Shown here: positions 44,925-61,052 of the stretch, piece by piece | Layout of the letters: every line of letters begins with the position of its first letter | Numbering within the stretch: the stretch's first letter is position 1 | NCBI GenBank assembly: GCA_964016885.1 | Contig: OZ024742.1 | Coordinates: 241,986,001 to 242,050,000 of the forward strand | Direction: 5' to 3' | Length of the DNA: 64,000 nucleotides | Origin: Eledone cirrhosa | Taxonomy: Eukaryota | The notes under the pieces: generated by a model | What the model was told of the DNA's origin: nothing | Database searches by the model: none | What the model saw: only the letters and a program-made list of their open reading frames with translations | Program-made: the position numbers and the translations under genes

Positions 44925-45142
44925 GGAAACGGGTAAATTGATGCTCAATACATGTAGTAGAATGTATTTATTATTAATCCATTACAAGCTGACGAGTTTC
45001 TCCATTGCTCTCACGGATATTTCACTTTCAGTGTTCGTTTACCAACCTATATATATGTCTTTCAGTCGATCGCTAGCTCACTCAATCTATCAATTTATCA
45101 ATCAATCTATCACCATATTTCTTTGTTTCGTTCATTTCTCGT

Positions 45143-45225
<83 letters not shown>

Positions 45226-45226
45226 A

Positions 45227-45343
<117 letters not shown>

Positions 45344-45426
45344 TGTAATTATGTGTACATATAAATATATGTATGTGCGGATACACACACGCAAACACAC
45401 GCGGGCGTGCACGCACGGATACATAC

Positions 45427-45510
<84 letters not shown>

Positions 45511-45801
45511 AGAGAGAGAAAGTGAGAGAGGGGATGCATGAGACCTCGGTATATGAAAATGGATCTAATCTATATATACTAATTCATATTATACGATGTA
45601 AATTCAGTTAACTAGTAGTTTCATAGTTATTGCTCAAAAATGCATGTATTTCTATTATGAGAAGTTGTATGTACGCCTGCCTTGTCTTGGTTAATAATCA
45701 GACATTCAAGACTCGGCATGCAAACGACTTCTGATAATGAAGAAATGTGACATTTTCAACAATATATATGATGATTCTAGTTTTCAAAATGTACAAATAA
45801 T

Positions 45802-45910
45802 TGTTTCTACGTTAGGCACAAGGCCAGCAATTACCCTGTGTATTACTGGTACTTTATTTTATCGACCCCGTAAGGATGAAAGGCAAAGTTAACCTCGGCG
45901 GGATTTGAAC
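45802..45910 (-). mobile_element. 5'-truncated SINE with 18-bp TSD
   Basis: tcaaaatgtacaaataat at 45784-45801 and 45911-45928. Confidence 0.88.
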
Positions 45911-46279
45911 TCAAAATGTACAAATAATACCAAGTATTAATATCTTTATATATATTCATTTCGTAAAATAAATTATAATATACAAATGCAATAAATGATA
46001 ACCCCCTCCCCTCGTGAAAATTCTCACGGGCACATGAAGAGATTTGTGAAGTGATTATTTCAAATTCCTGTCCAGGCATTTAAAAAATATCCATTGATTG
46101 TGTCTTATACTGATATATGCCATATGGTACTTTAATATATGGCATCTTTTATTGCAAAACGCCAGCACCAACAGTTTTGCAAGAGATGTCAACATGAATG
46201 GACCTATTATTTCTATCTAAAGACATTTTTTCCAATTCCATCCCGCCCGTCCCCTGAATCTATTTTATTTCTCATTCTT

Positions 46280-46314
46280 TTTTCTGATGAAGGACTAGCG
46301 TCCGAAACGTTAAG
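46280..46314 (+). ncRNA. Minimal hammerhead (family J), second copy
   Basis: ttt-CTGATGA-AGGA ctagcg TCC-GAAAC-GTT-aag. Confidence 0.55.
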
Positions 46315-46363
46315 CTTCTCTTCCTGATATATCAAGCGAACCTAATAAATAACTTCCATATAC

Positions 46364-46478
<115 letters not shown>

Positions 46479-46514
46479 AGTATTTATGTGTGTGTGTCTG
46501 TGTGTGAGTGTGTG

Positions 46515-46704
46515 TATCCCGGGTTCAATCAGGGGCAACACAGTAAGTAAGTTACTCAATACATAGCTGAGTATAAATATTTAACATTGAAATAGCTTGC
46601 TTCTACAGAACTAGAGCTGTTTCATTCGGAGGAAACCATCAGGGCTTTCCTGATGATTTCCTCTGAATAAAACAGTTCTAGTCCTGTAGAAGACATTTCT
46701 CTAT

Positions 46705-46706
<2 letters not shown>
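46515..46706. mobile_element. Family A element (palindrome 46600-46692) with tail
   Basis: cttctacagaactagagctgtttcattcggaggaaaccatcagg / cctgatgatttcctctgaataaaacagttctagtcctgtagaag. Confidence 0.85.
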
Positions 46707-46772
<66 letters not shown>

Positions 46773-46775
<3 letters not shown>

Positions 46776-46915
46776 CAAAGAAAGTGTGGTAAAAAACCAG
46801 GTGGACCATAACGCACCAGAGTACTCGATACTTAGGGTAGTAGAGTGGGTAATAGGAAAAGAGACAGGACACCGACGGCTGAGCTCCGGTCAGTTCGACA
46901 GCTAGATCCGAACTA
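46773..46915 (-). mobile_element. Family C copy (single arm + tail)
   Basis: ccaggtggaccataacgcaccagagtactc..gacggctgagctccgg..ttcgacagctagatccgaacta. Confidence 0.75.
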
Positions 46916-47411
46916 TGCCCTATATATTATATCATGCATACACATTTTATGTGTTCTGAAAGGTATACGAAGAAATGAAAACATTTTAGCATCATCCTCT
47001 GGCATATGATACGAACGTAATAGAGAAAACTGACAGTTTTTCCGCGTCAGATTGTTTTGGAACATCTTAACAGCTTTCTTGCTTAACGAATTTCTTCCTA
47101 CCAGCGCGCGTCTTTTTTTTTTTAATAAATACCCATATATTTACAAACCATTTTGAACCCGTGCTTTACGAACTCTCTAATATGACAGTGTTATTTCCTT
47201 TCGTAACCGGGGTCCGAGTAATAGATAAATCTAAGCCATATATTTATTTTGATGTGCCTCAGTTGTTCGGTTGTTTTTACTACTAATAGTCTGTTGGTCC
47301 ATTTCTCTCTCTATATATCTCTTTATGCATGGACATACTTATACATTCACACACAAACACACATTCAGGCACACATAAAAGCACACACAAACACACACTG
47401 AAACACATATA

Positions 47412-48224
47412 TCTACATATCTAAAAGAGAGAATTCTGTCTGTCTGTATGTCTGACTCACTAAAACTCGAGAACCAACCAACCGATTGTTTTCAAACTTT
47501 ACATATGTAATACTTATGGTCTTGTGAGTGTTTTGAGAAAAAGATATTTCAAATTTTCAGAGCCCTAGGGACCGCATTAGGCGACTTAGCGATCTCTCTC
47601 TATAATTCTTAGTCTTTCTTTTTAGATAGATACATAGATATAACTGTTTATACTTTTGGCACAAGGCCAGTAATTACTCAGTACATTACTGGTACTTTAT
47701 TTTATCGACCCCGTAAGGATGAAAGGCAAAGTTAACCTCGACGGGATTTGAACTCAGACCGTAAAGAGACGTAACTATGCTGGAAAGCATGGCGTCCGAC
47801 TCTTTACTGATACTGCCAATCCACCGATACATAGCTATAACGTTGCCCCCTTATAATATCTGTCTGTATGTCTGGTTGTCTGCATTACAACATTATGACG
47901 CTATATGTGTGTGTGTGTATATATGTATATATAGTGTGTGTGTATGTATGTATATATATATATAGTGTGTGTAACGTAATTCGAAATATTTACTTCTGCG
48001 TTCACAGATTGATTGTTTTAGTTTCAGAAGATCCCGTTAAGAGTGAAAGCAGTGATATTTTGCGTAAACTTTAATCTGCTATTTTAATATATAAATAATG
48101 ATATATTCGTGTACAGAAATATAAACAAACGTATTTATTTTACGAGGCTCGATAGGGATAAATATATATCAAATATATAAGAACCCTAGAGCAAATCCCG
48201 AGCAACGCCGGGCCATTCTGCTAG
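47412..48224 (+). mobile_element. Non-autonomous Helitron with nested insertions
   Basis: A|TC 5' end (tctacatatctaaaag, (ctgt)n, aaccgatt), a 3' hairpin cccgagcaacgccggg about 9 nt before CTAG|T, and no TSD. Confidence 0.7.
47645..47825 (-). mobile_element. SINE with 16-bp TSD
   Basis: gatacatagatataac at 47629-47644 and gatacatagctataac at 47826-47841. Confidence 0.9.
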
Positions 48225-48329
48225 TACGTACTATAATTCATGCGTCTTATCTTTCATTTATCCAAGATCAACCAAAAGAAGTAAGGCATGTTTTATTTGT
48301 GAATGCACTCTCCGTATAAGCTCTGCACC

Positions 48330-48755
48330 CGTATCTAGGAATGTATTACCATGTTTTGTTTGTGCTCATTTGACGAGCATATGTAAAATTGATGGAGTAA
48401 AAATGTGGGGTTAGAGGTTCCTCTTCTAATTTGACGATATAGAATCGAGAATAAGGACCACATAGTGCGATAGCGTGTGGTTCAAGGGACTCCAGCTTTT
48501 TAATAAGCTCCCAAAACTTCTGAGAGATCCACTCTGTGTGCATGTAGATGTTTTCAAGAGACAGCTCAACATTCTACTGACCAAGATCGCGGATGAACCA
48601 CAGCACAAAGCGAAGCACAAATAAGAGCAGCAACAATAAACTCCCCTTTAGCATTAGTCGCCAGCCAAGGAAGAGTGGCTATAGAAAGTGTAGCATAAGT
48701 GGTGGTGTCCCAGCATCGCCCAGTCCCTCGGCTGGAATACAAGTAAATAAAAAAA
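48330..48755 (+). mobile_element. 3' fragment of a CR1/L2-group LINE
   Basis: FKGLQLFNKLPKLLRD..VDVFKRQLNILLTKIADEP. Its 3' tail ggtgtcccagcat..ggctg.aa..caagtaaa resembles 58859-58913. Confidence 0.6.
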
Positions 48756-49488
48756 TATATGAAATAGAAGCAAATTCTGAATACAATTCAAACCCAAAGC
48801 AAGTGGAAAATAAAGTAAATCGAGGGATAAAGACATGAAAAAAAGACAGATCCAAAGATGAATAAGCTGAAATACAGAAGAAGTTAAGTGAGATAGATAG
48901 ATTGAACAAGAATATTTATGATTTTATAGCTAATGAATGACAAAGATACGGTCAGGTTGTATATAATTTGATTGTGAGAGCAACGCGTATATGTTTAAGG
49001 ATAAATTAACAATGATACTACTGCTAGTTACATCGAAGATACAGCTAAACAATTAACGAAAAATACGTGTGTAATCAAATGAACCAAAAGATAAAGAGAC
49101 AAAAGAATGATAATTTGATAAACATCTAAGTGTTAACAGTAAATAGAATGAAGAGTAATTTATGGATCATTTTAGAACGCTGTGCTGTTCTTAATTCTGT
49201 AATTTAAATTCACAAATCAAACTTCGTTATTCACTAATTACAATCAACTCGCAAACACACACACACGCACAAATACACACACTCACATACACGCACGCAC
49301 ACATACACACACTCACATACACGTACACACATACACACACTCGCACAAACAAACACACACACACATACGCACACACACATATACATATATATAACGAAGG
49401 ACGTGTGGTAAGTAACAAGATAGACCATAACGCACCAGAGTACTCAATACTTAGGGTAGTAGAGTGGGCCGTCGGGGTGAAACTTTTT

Positions 49489-49562
<74 letters not shown>

Positions 49563-49567
<5 letters not shown>

Positions 49568-49804
49568 CAAGGATGAATGGTTACTCCTTCATTACATTTA
49601 TTGGTTGGTGACGTGCGTTTGCTATTGATCAACTGGAGGTTCGATCTTTATCGATCTGGCCCGACTCTAGAATCAAAAGCTCGGCGGACTTCTGTGGTAG
49701 TAATGACCAGATCGATACAGATCGAACTTTGAGCTGATCATTAACGAAACGCGTGTCACCAACCAATAAATGTATTGAAGAGCTAACCATTCGTCCTAGT
49801 ATTA
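49563..49804. mobile_element. Family H fold-back element (arms about 98 bp) with HHR 3' half
   Basis: ggatgaatggtta..acatttattggttggtgacgtgcgttt..atcgatctgg mirrors ccagatcgat..GAAACGCGTGTCaccaaccaataaatgt..taaccattcgtcc. Confidence 0.75.
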
Positions 49805-49818
49805 TTATATTACACAAG

Positions 49819-50010
49819 GGCGGTGGATTGGCAGTATCGGTAGATGGTCAGACGCCATGCTTTGACACATAGAGTTACGGGGTCATTGCCATTCTGAGTT
49901 CAAATCGCGCTGAGGTTAACATTGCCTTTCATCCTTACGGGATCGATAAAATAAAGTACCAGTAATGCACTGAGTATTTGGTGGCCTTGTGCCAAATGTA
50001 GAAACAATTA
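49819..50010 (+). mobile_element. SINE
   Basis: ggcggtggattggcagtatcggtag..gcctttcatccttacgggatcgataaaataaagtacc..ggccttgtgccaaatgtagaaacaatt. Confidence 0.85.
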
Positions 50011-50323
50011 AATTACACTTTGTCTAGCTCTACACCTCCATACTGACGTGAACCTAAACATCGAGTGTTCACCTGGGTGAACCTACAGTAACTTCGCATT
50101 ACACTTCCTGGATATATATTTATATATGTGAGAAAAACCACAAACCCTCTATCTCAACTCTACTTTTGAAAAGCACAAGAACTGCGAAACCGGTAAAGGA
50201 ACCAAATAAATATATATTTAAAAAAAAAAACTCCAGTTGCATTTTCGATTTCATCTTTTTTTCTTATACTTTCACTCGTGTAGGACACCTATTTTTTTTT
50301 TCATTTTGTAATAAGAACCTCAC

Positions 50324-50563
<240 letters not shown>

Positions 50564-50580
50564 TATATATATATATATAT

Positions 50581-51052
50581 AAAATAAAGTTAAATAAAAG
50601 TCAAATGATTAAAATTTAGCTTCGTTTATTACTGCTATATATATTTCAGTGACAGCCATCTTTGGCTGTTATCTCTTCAGGCAGTTTGAATTAGTATGGT
50701 ATAGACAAGTACATATGTTGTTTAGGTGTATAATATTGTCAATACTCTGATATGCCCAGTGAATTAGCAACCAAACAAGGAACTGGGCATATCAGAGTAT
50801 TGACATTATTATACACCTAAACAACATATGTACTTGTCTATACCATACTAATTCAAACTGCCTGAAGAGTTCACAGCCAAAGATGGCTGTCACTGAAATA
50901 TATATAGCAGTAATAAACGAAGCTAAATTTTAATCATTTGACTTTTATTTAACTTTATTTTACACTACTCCGGAGTAACGAAACCAACCTGCGCACTTCG
51001 TCGAGTGCTCCAGCCTGCATACTGCGGTGTTGGTATACAACCAACATAAACT

Positions 51053-51055
<3 letters not shown>
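50581..51055. mobile_element. Family B element, second copy, with HHR on both strands
   Basis: Arms 50581-50760 and 50782-50961, with HHRs at minus 50631-50685 and plus 50857-50911 (CTGAAGA..acagccaaagatggctgt..GAAATATATATAGCAGT). Same tail as 44781-44873. Confidence 0.9.
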
Positions 51056-51122
<67 letters not shown>

Positions 51123-51370
51123 TGGTCACAAAATCACAAAACACACGAATCCAGTGACAGTCACTTTGTGCTAGATTTGTCTGCTAATTTGAGCATGTAT
51201 GTGTTTTAATACCTTCACCCCCACCATTCTCTCACACACATACTGTTCACAAGATGGTCAGCATTAAAACAACAATTGTCTATAATTAAATACCTATGTA
51301 CCTATCTACCTTCTAAGATATCTAGCATCCTGTCTGTCTCTCGGTCTCTCTTACTATTTATATGCCTATA

Positions 51371-51424
<54 letters not shown>

Positions 51425-51473
51425 CTTTCTATCTGTTCTGTCCGTGTATTTATCTATCTATCTATCTATCTAT

Positions 51474-53550
<2,077 letters not shown>

Positions 53551-53763
53551 TATCACAACTATATATATATATATATTTAACGGTTTATTTATCTACCAAA
53601 CATTTGTACGCCTAACTACTTCTCTATATATATCTATTATATAATTATCTATTTGAAGCGGTACTAACATTGCGTGGTTCATCATATACGATACGTCTAT
53701 ATACATTAAACATACGATAGTCTCGCTATGAATATTTTCAAAGCTGTTACAATATTACATGTA

Positions 53764-53845
53764 TCTCAGTAGCAGTGAGAATGCCAGACAGATGTTTCTG
53801 GATTTTTGTCCGTCATCTGTGACATTTACTCACTCGGTACTGAGA
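53764..53845 (-). ncRNA. Hammerhead-like fold with a long stem I and variant core
   Basis: tctcagtaccgagtgagtaaatgtca-CAGATGA-cGGAcaaaaaTCCa-GAAA-CATCTG-TC-tggcattctcactgctactgaga. Confidence 0.6.
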
Positions 53846-54100
53846 CAAGAATAGGCTAAAGACTATATGGTTTTTTGATAGTTTACTGGATATATGTTTG
53901 ATAATGATTAAAGAGAATATGGTAAGATATTGCTGTAATTGTTTTAAATGAATGTAAAACAGCGATGATTGTAGTAATAATAGAGAGATATCCTAGGAAA
54001 CTTGAGCGTTCAACCATCGTTACACAGAATATTGTGATCAAGGAATTATTCAATTAAATTTTTCTTTAATACAACAAATTTTTCTCAATACAACAATATG

Positions 54101-54162
<62 letters not shown>

Positions 54163-54197
54163 CTGGGTGTGTGTGTGTGTGTGAGTGTGTGTGTATA

Positions 54198-54910
54198 CAG
54201 TGTTGGTCAGTTCTTTGAGGACACTTAGATGAATTTAGGAAATGACCCTTGTCATAAAAGCAAAGCCATGTTTGCGGCAACAATTAGCATGGATAATCTT
54301 AAAACACGTCTTTACGTCTGCCTGCAATGAGTCCACCGTTAACATCGGTGATTACTTCAATACAAGGTTTGAAACGTTGATATGTCCGTATTAGATGATC
54401 GTTTTGGGACATTGGGCTAGTTATGGCAGACTTCAAAGTGTTATGGGGGCGTTGATTGTCTTCCCGCTTGAGAAGGTATGGAGAGCTAGGTGGTTATATG
54501 CTTGGGGTGATCATATCGTCTTGGCCTCATGAGACGGCGCAGAAATTTGCTGCTAGGTGTATGGTCTACTCTGGTTTATCTCTCTATCCAATACCTTCCC
54601 GAACATTTCCTTATAGTCAGCAGTATTGACTCTTAATGGTTATTGGAACGCCCTTAGGGTGTTAGCATAACCATGTGTCATTCCTTTTGTTAACGTTCTG
54701 GCACTGATCAAAGTTTTTCTCTCCACAGAAAAATCAAAGCGTTTTAGGCTCTTGATGTTTCAGATTACTCCGCTAGCACTTTGCGTGGATAAGAAAGTAA
54801 ACTTTTGTCTTTGCAGGCCTTCATGGAGAATTTTTTGGATAGTGTGCCTTGAAAACCTTAGGTCCTCCTCAGTAGTGGTGCTAATTGGTTTTCTGGGTTT
54901 TTTATCGATA
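54198..54910 (-). mobile_element. Decayed Tc1/mariner-superfamily transposase
   Basis: FCGEKNFDQCQNVNKRNDTWL and RPYT*QQISAPSHEAKT; ends ccaacactg|TA. Confidence 0.65.
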
Positions 54911-55016
54911 CCTTCCTGTACACCCACACCCACACACAAACACACTCACACTCACACACACACGCACACGCACACACACACATACTCACACACACACACA
55001 CATACACACACACACA

Positions 55017-55094
<78 letters not shown>

Positions 55095-55107
55095 CACCCG
55101 CACGCAC

Positions 55108-55170
<63 letters not shown>

Positions 55171-56339
55171 CACACACACATACACACACACACCCACCCA
55201 CACACACATACACACACACACATATATATATATATATACTATATATCATTAAGGATCGTTTTCCGAAGGGGATCGGAAAAAAAATCCCAGTTATACAAAA
55301 TAGTCGTTACGTTAGTAGGGAAGAAGCTTAATTATTTTATATACAAATGTTTTCAACATGGCTAAAACCGTTTCATTCGCATGAGATCATTATGAAATCA
55401 TCATCACCATGTCATACCAATAAAACAGTTCTACTTCTGTAGGAAAGCTTTCTAAAATTGATAGAGACAGTCATAATAATTATATTTATATATAAGAATA
55501 TAAATAAGATAAGGGTAATATTATATGTTACTCGATTACCCGATGAATCCAGACCTATATGTGGATGAAACGATTTAAATGTTTTAAACACAATTTGATT
55601 GTTATTCACGTTGTAGAGACAGTCATAGTAATAATTGTTTATAGATATTTAACCTGATACATGAAAAGTTATTGCACTTAGGAATCCTTCAAATGTCTCA
55701 GAGAAAAGGTTATTGTAGTAAATCGTTTAAGAATGCATTCCTTACGTATTTTGTAGTGGTTTTTCTCCGTTTTGTATTCTTCTAATTAGAAGAGGTTTCA
55801 GCGGCTGTACACCTAGCAGTGATTTTGTTCACCGATTTGGAACTATTGTCGACTTAACATACTCAATATTTTACATCTTCCTTTCTCTGAAAGGTTATTG
55901 TTGTTTTTAAGTAGCACTTCAAGCTGTAACCATCATATCGTTTTGTATATCGAGGACTTCATTAATAAATATAGTTTTTTTTAATTGTAGATTCTAAGTT
56001 GTAATTTGAGATATCGCTGCTATTTCTAGCAGATCGAAATATCGTGTAGAGACTTTTTATTCGTTTACTTTCTGATAATTATTATTTTATTTAACTTTTA
56101 ATCAGATATTGAACTTGAAAAATTCACGATTACTATCATGTGCCTGCCCAATGCTTTCATGAACCCTAAAATTCCTATCATATATGATCAAAGGTATTTA
56201 TCAAGATATATCATTGTTTCTGGCAAACCATTTTTGTTGTACTGAAATCATTTGCTATAAAGTCTAGCATGGTATGGACTCTTAACACCTGAATGCGTCG
56301 TGGGGTCTCCATATTGATATATTACATTTCTTAGGCCAC

Positions 56340-56760
56340 TTTAAACTTAGGCCTAAGTACAAAAAACGTCTTCCAGAGAAGGAGAGAAAGGAAGCGAGAA
56401 ATAGATATAGAATCAACTCCAGACTGGTATTTTTTTATCAACACCGAACGGATGGAAAGGTAACATTGACCTCGGCCGGATTTGAACTGAGAGAGCAGGA
56501 ACGAATATTGCAAAGCACTCTATCGCAGGCATGTCAAACTGAGCCCCCCCCCCCGGGTCACATATGTGTTGTCTGAGGGCCAGTCACAACAACTAATTGC
56601 GGACATTACAACACATTTTTTATTTTATATTACAAAAATAAAACATACTCACGCTGTAATAAAAACCTTTGTGCGGGCCGCAGGTGTGCTTGTAAAGGGC
56701 CGCATGTTTGACATGCCTGCTCTATCGGACGTTCTAACGACTCTGCCTATGAGCCACCAT
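56340..56760 (-). mobile_element. Older SINE interrupted by a hAT MITE
   Basis: ggatggaaaggtaacattgacctcggccggatttgaact..; the SINE resumes after 56727 (gacgttctaacgactctgcc). Confidence 0.65.
56526..56719. mobile_element. 194-bp hAT (Charlie-like) MITE
   Basis: 14-bp TIR CAGGCATGTCAAAC / GTTTGACATGCCTG, 8-bp TSD ctctatcg (56518-56525 and 56720-56727), and subterminal GGGCCGCA motifs. Confidence 0.92.
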
Positions 56761-57493
56761 GCGTAGAGTATGTTTTTCTCTATTTTTCATTCGCTGCCTG
56801 TATTTTCTAAATAACAACTCTTAAAAAAGTAACTGCATCAAATATATAAAGTTATCTCATGAATTTCTTATAAACATTTTTTTATGAATGTGTATATGCT
56901 GCAAAAGTCATTTTTATTTATTTTTTTTTTTTTTACAGTTTATGTATTCACGATTTTTTATGCAATGAAAAGTATGACAGAAAATAGATATAATTTCTTA
57001 AATATTTAATGATGCGTAAAAGTCTTTAGGATATTATTGACTCAATGTATATTTTTATGATTTTTACTGCACATTATAATTAAGAAAGTATAAATGAAGC
57101 AAATTAAATTATAGCAGTAGGACTCTATCGAATATTCTATTAATTATACCCGCAGTGTTTATTCGTAGCTCTTTCTGCTTCTCATATGGGTTATTTCAGA
57201 ATCTGATACCTTGTAATAATTAAGTTGAGAGAGTTTAGAAACGAAAGTCTGTGAATCAGGATATCCCATCGCCCAATACTAATCTCTTATAATAATCGCT
57301 TACAATCAAGATATTTGATTTATTAAAACCCTTATCCTATTAACAGTTACTCGATCGAAAATAATGAAGCTAATTTACTGTATGAAATAAAACAATATGT
57401 ATATATGGAGAGAGGGAGAGAGAAAACGAGAGAGAAAGTGAGAAGGCGAGAAATAGTACAGAGAGCGAGAGAGGGGGAGAGGGAGAGAGAGAG

Positions 57494-57575
<82 letters not shown>

Positions 57576-58072
57576 CCTGAGAGAGATATAGAGAGATCGC
57601 CATTATGAAAACAAAAGCAACAAAAAAATACGATCTGTGGAAAGTCAAAAATCACATTTTTCCTCAATTACTTTATTTGATAATTTCTGATTAACTATCT
57701 ACTCCACCATAGCACGAACGCAAACACATATATTATGCCTGTGTATGAATATGTGTATATTTCAGGCACGTGCGTTTTGGTGAATATTTTTCCCACCTTA
57801 TATATCTACAATTCTGATTTCTATATGTGCTTCATTATATTAGCTTCGGAGTTTTTCATCGTAATTATATGTAGGATAATGCAATATATGTTGAGATGGT
57901 TCGGTGATTCTAGCTATTTTGAAAGCTTAATGTGTTTTTTGTTGGTGGAAGGAGTTATTGATACGATGCTTGAATGTTTACTGATACACACACATACACA
58001 CACAAACGCAAAAGACAAAATCAACATTAAAGATCTTTAGCGTATTCAATGAGGCAGATGACAAACACACAC

Positions 58073-58541
<469 letters not shown>

Positions 58542-58569
58542 TATATGTATATATATATATATATATATA

Positions 58570-58800
58570 GTGGTAGAAGACTGGAAGGTAATATCCGTAG
58601 TGGTAGATCACTCAGTCCATGGGACGAGTTAGGTAGAAGTGGTTACACAACAGTTAGTTCACCATACCGAGAACAATTGTTTCACCTTAGCGGATCCTCA
58701 GCTCGTAACGGACATGTCCATGTCCATTACTAGCTGAGGATCCGCTAAGGTAAAACAATTGTCCTCGGTATGGTGAACTAACTGTTGTGTAACCACTTCT

Positions 58801-58801
<1 letters not shown>
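58570..58801. mobile_element. Family D element: tail + palindrome 58634-58801 with HHRs
   Basis: Minus 58668-58705 reads CGAG-CTGAGGA-T CC gctaa GG T-GAAA-CAATTG-TT-CTCG. The plus arm has CTGAGGA..AAAA CAATTG TC CTCG. Confidence 0.85.
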
Positions 58802-58859
<58 letters not shown>

Positions 58860-58910
58860 GGTGCCCCAGCATGGCCTCAGCCGGATGGCTGAAACAGGTA
58901 AAAGAGTAAA

Positions 58911-58976
<66 letters not shown>

Positions 58977-59139
58977 TGGTAGCGTGATTATTTAGGGAGA
59001 TTTTGACAACCGTTTCTAACATCTCAAGAGACACATAAAGGTCCTGGTACACTGTTGCTATTCTTAAGATCAATTGATTCCTTGAGGCTGGTTTGCAATC
59101 AAACAGACAGGAATGAGAACGAAGATGCAACATGAAAAC

Positions 59140-59990
59140 AGAAACATCATCAGAAATTTTAGCTATGATATCACAGATGCTAACACCATCACTTATAAAC
59201 CCAGCCTCACCATCTATCGCTACACATCATGTAAATTCACCATCACTTTTACAATGGGCATTATCGCTAATAATACCATTCTGTATTATCATCAACGTCA
59301 GCTATATCATCATTGCACCAAAACCTATATAATCATCATAACCTCTAATGTCATCATTACATCTACTATTATAATCAGCATCACCTTTGCCATCCCCACC
59401 AATAACTCTAATATCGTCATCAGCTATACCACCAACATCAACAATTCCATGAAAATAAACAATAACATTCTCATCTGTACATTCACTATCCCTTAGCACC
59501 ATCACAAACATCATCATCACGCAGACCACCATCATTAACTCTAACGACATCAACAATACAGTTATTACCTTTTCAATGAGCATCAGTTTTACTGTGAACA
59601 TTAACATCGCAATCAATTCTACCAACACCATTATCTGTACAATTATCATCAGCTTCATTACCAACCTTAGTTTTATCATTACCATTACCTCATCAATCAC
59701 CATTACGCCTATCATCACTATCAGATATAGCAACGTCATTTCTACCATGACTAACACCATGTTCTGTAGCATGACCAACGACTTTACCATCACCAACACC
59801 AATAACACGTCAAATATTACTTTTATTATTACTTTTAACGCTACTAGTATTATTGCCATTACATTTAACTTCACTCTGGACAACATTACTACTATTGCAT
59901 TTTATCATATCCTCTTTTCAAATATATTTACCATCACTATCACTTATTAATTTTTACATCACCGTCAGTTTTAACACCTGCAACACCAAC
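59140..59990. repeat. Old degenerate (ACC/ATC) low-complexity tract
   Basis: Cryptic triplet repeat giving Ile/Thr-rich or Met/Val-rich pseudo-ORFs. Confidence 0.75.
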
Positions 59991-60866
59991 TTATGTTTAC
60001 GAAATCATTTATTTATATAAACAAAATAATGGCGAGAATAAGATATACTTGTCTTTCAACATGGATATTTTCACTATTCTCTATTTAGATTTAAACTTAT
60101 GAGATATACAGCGTATTTATTAATATTCTAATATCTACATTGCATGGTAATAGAATATCAATAGAACATTAAAGTAGAGTTGAGGGATTGAAATCAACAA
60201 TATTCGTTATTTTATTCTTTAACTGTTTTCAGACTTCGGCCATGTTGCGCCACAGCTTTGAAGTGAATCAGTCGATTAAATCGACGGCAGCACTTATTAC
60301 TTCTTTGTTTAACGAACATTTTATCAATCTCTATTTGACAAAACACTAAGTTACGGGACATCTTATTCCAGAAAGTTACTCACTAGTTTAACCAATTCAG
60401 ATTGTGAAATAAAATATTTAGATTCTTCTAATACGTTTGTGAGAAATAGTAACGTTTCCACATAAGATCTAAGAGTTCATTCTCTAATTCCTTTGAAGTC
60501 GATTAAGCGTATCTCATGAAAAATAATTCGTGTAATAACTAAATCTTTCGGATTATGCAGAGAGTCGATACGATAGTTTTATCCATGTATAAATACATCA
60601 GGGAGGAAACAGTAACTGCGAAATTGTGTATACACATTTTACACGTTGGGAATATAGACATGTAAACATCTCCAATGCTTGACGTGCTTCTCTGTGAATT
60701 GGAAAATGAATAACCTTTTTGTATTCTCACCATAAGAAAAGTATGTCATCCAAACTACATGAACGGAATGCGTAACTGTTGGGTCCATATACGCTATCAT
60801 TTATCGTTGTATCCTGAAATATATAAGTCAGGTGTCTTTTTAGATATTATTTTAAGTCATTTGTAC

Positions 60867-61052
60867 TGGATTGGCAGTATCGGTAGAGCGTCAGGCCCAA
60901 TGCTTTGCAGCATAGAGTTATGGCCCTTTGGGTTCTGAGTTCAAATGCCGCCGAGGTAACTTTGCTTTTCATGCTTATGGGGTCGATAACATAAAGCACC
61001 AGTAATGTACTGGAGTAACTGCTGACCTTGTGCCAAAAGTAGAAACAATTAT
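60867..61052 (+). mobile_element. SINE
   Basis: tggattggcagtatcggtagag..gagttcaaatgccgccgagg..ggggtcgataacataaagcacc..ccttgtgccaaaagtagaaacaatt. Confidence 0.85.

Noticed and set aside
59113-59950. Hydrophobic 194-aa, 127-aa and 124-aa ORFs resembling membrane proteins
   Set aside because: A degenerate triplet repeat that is open on both strands, with no domain motif. The same applies to 28656-29160.
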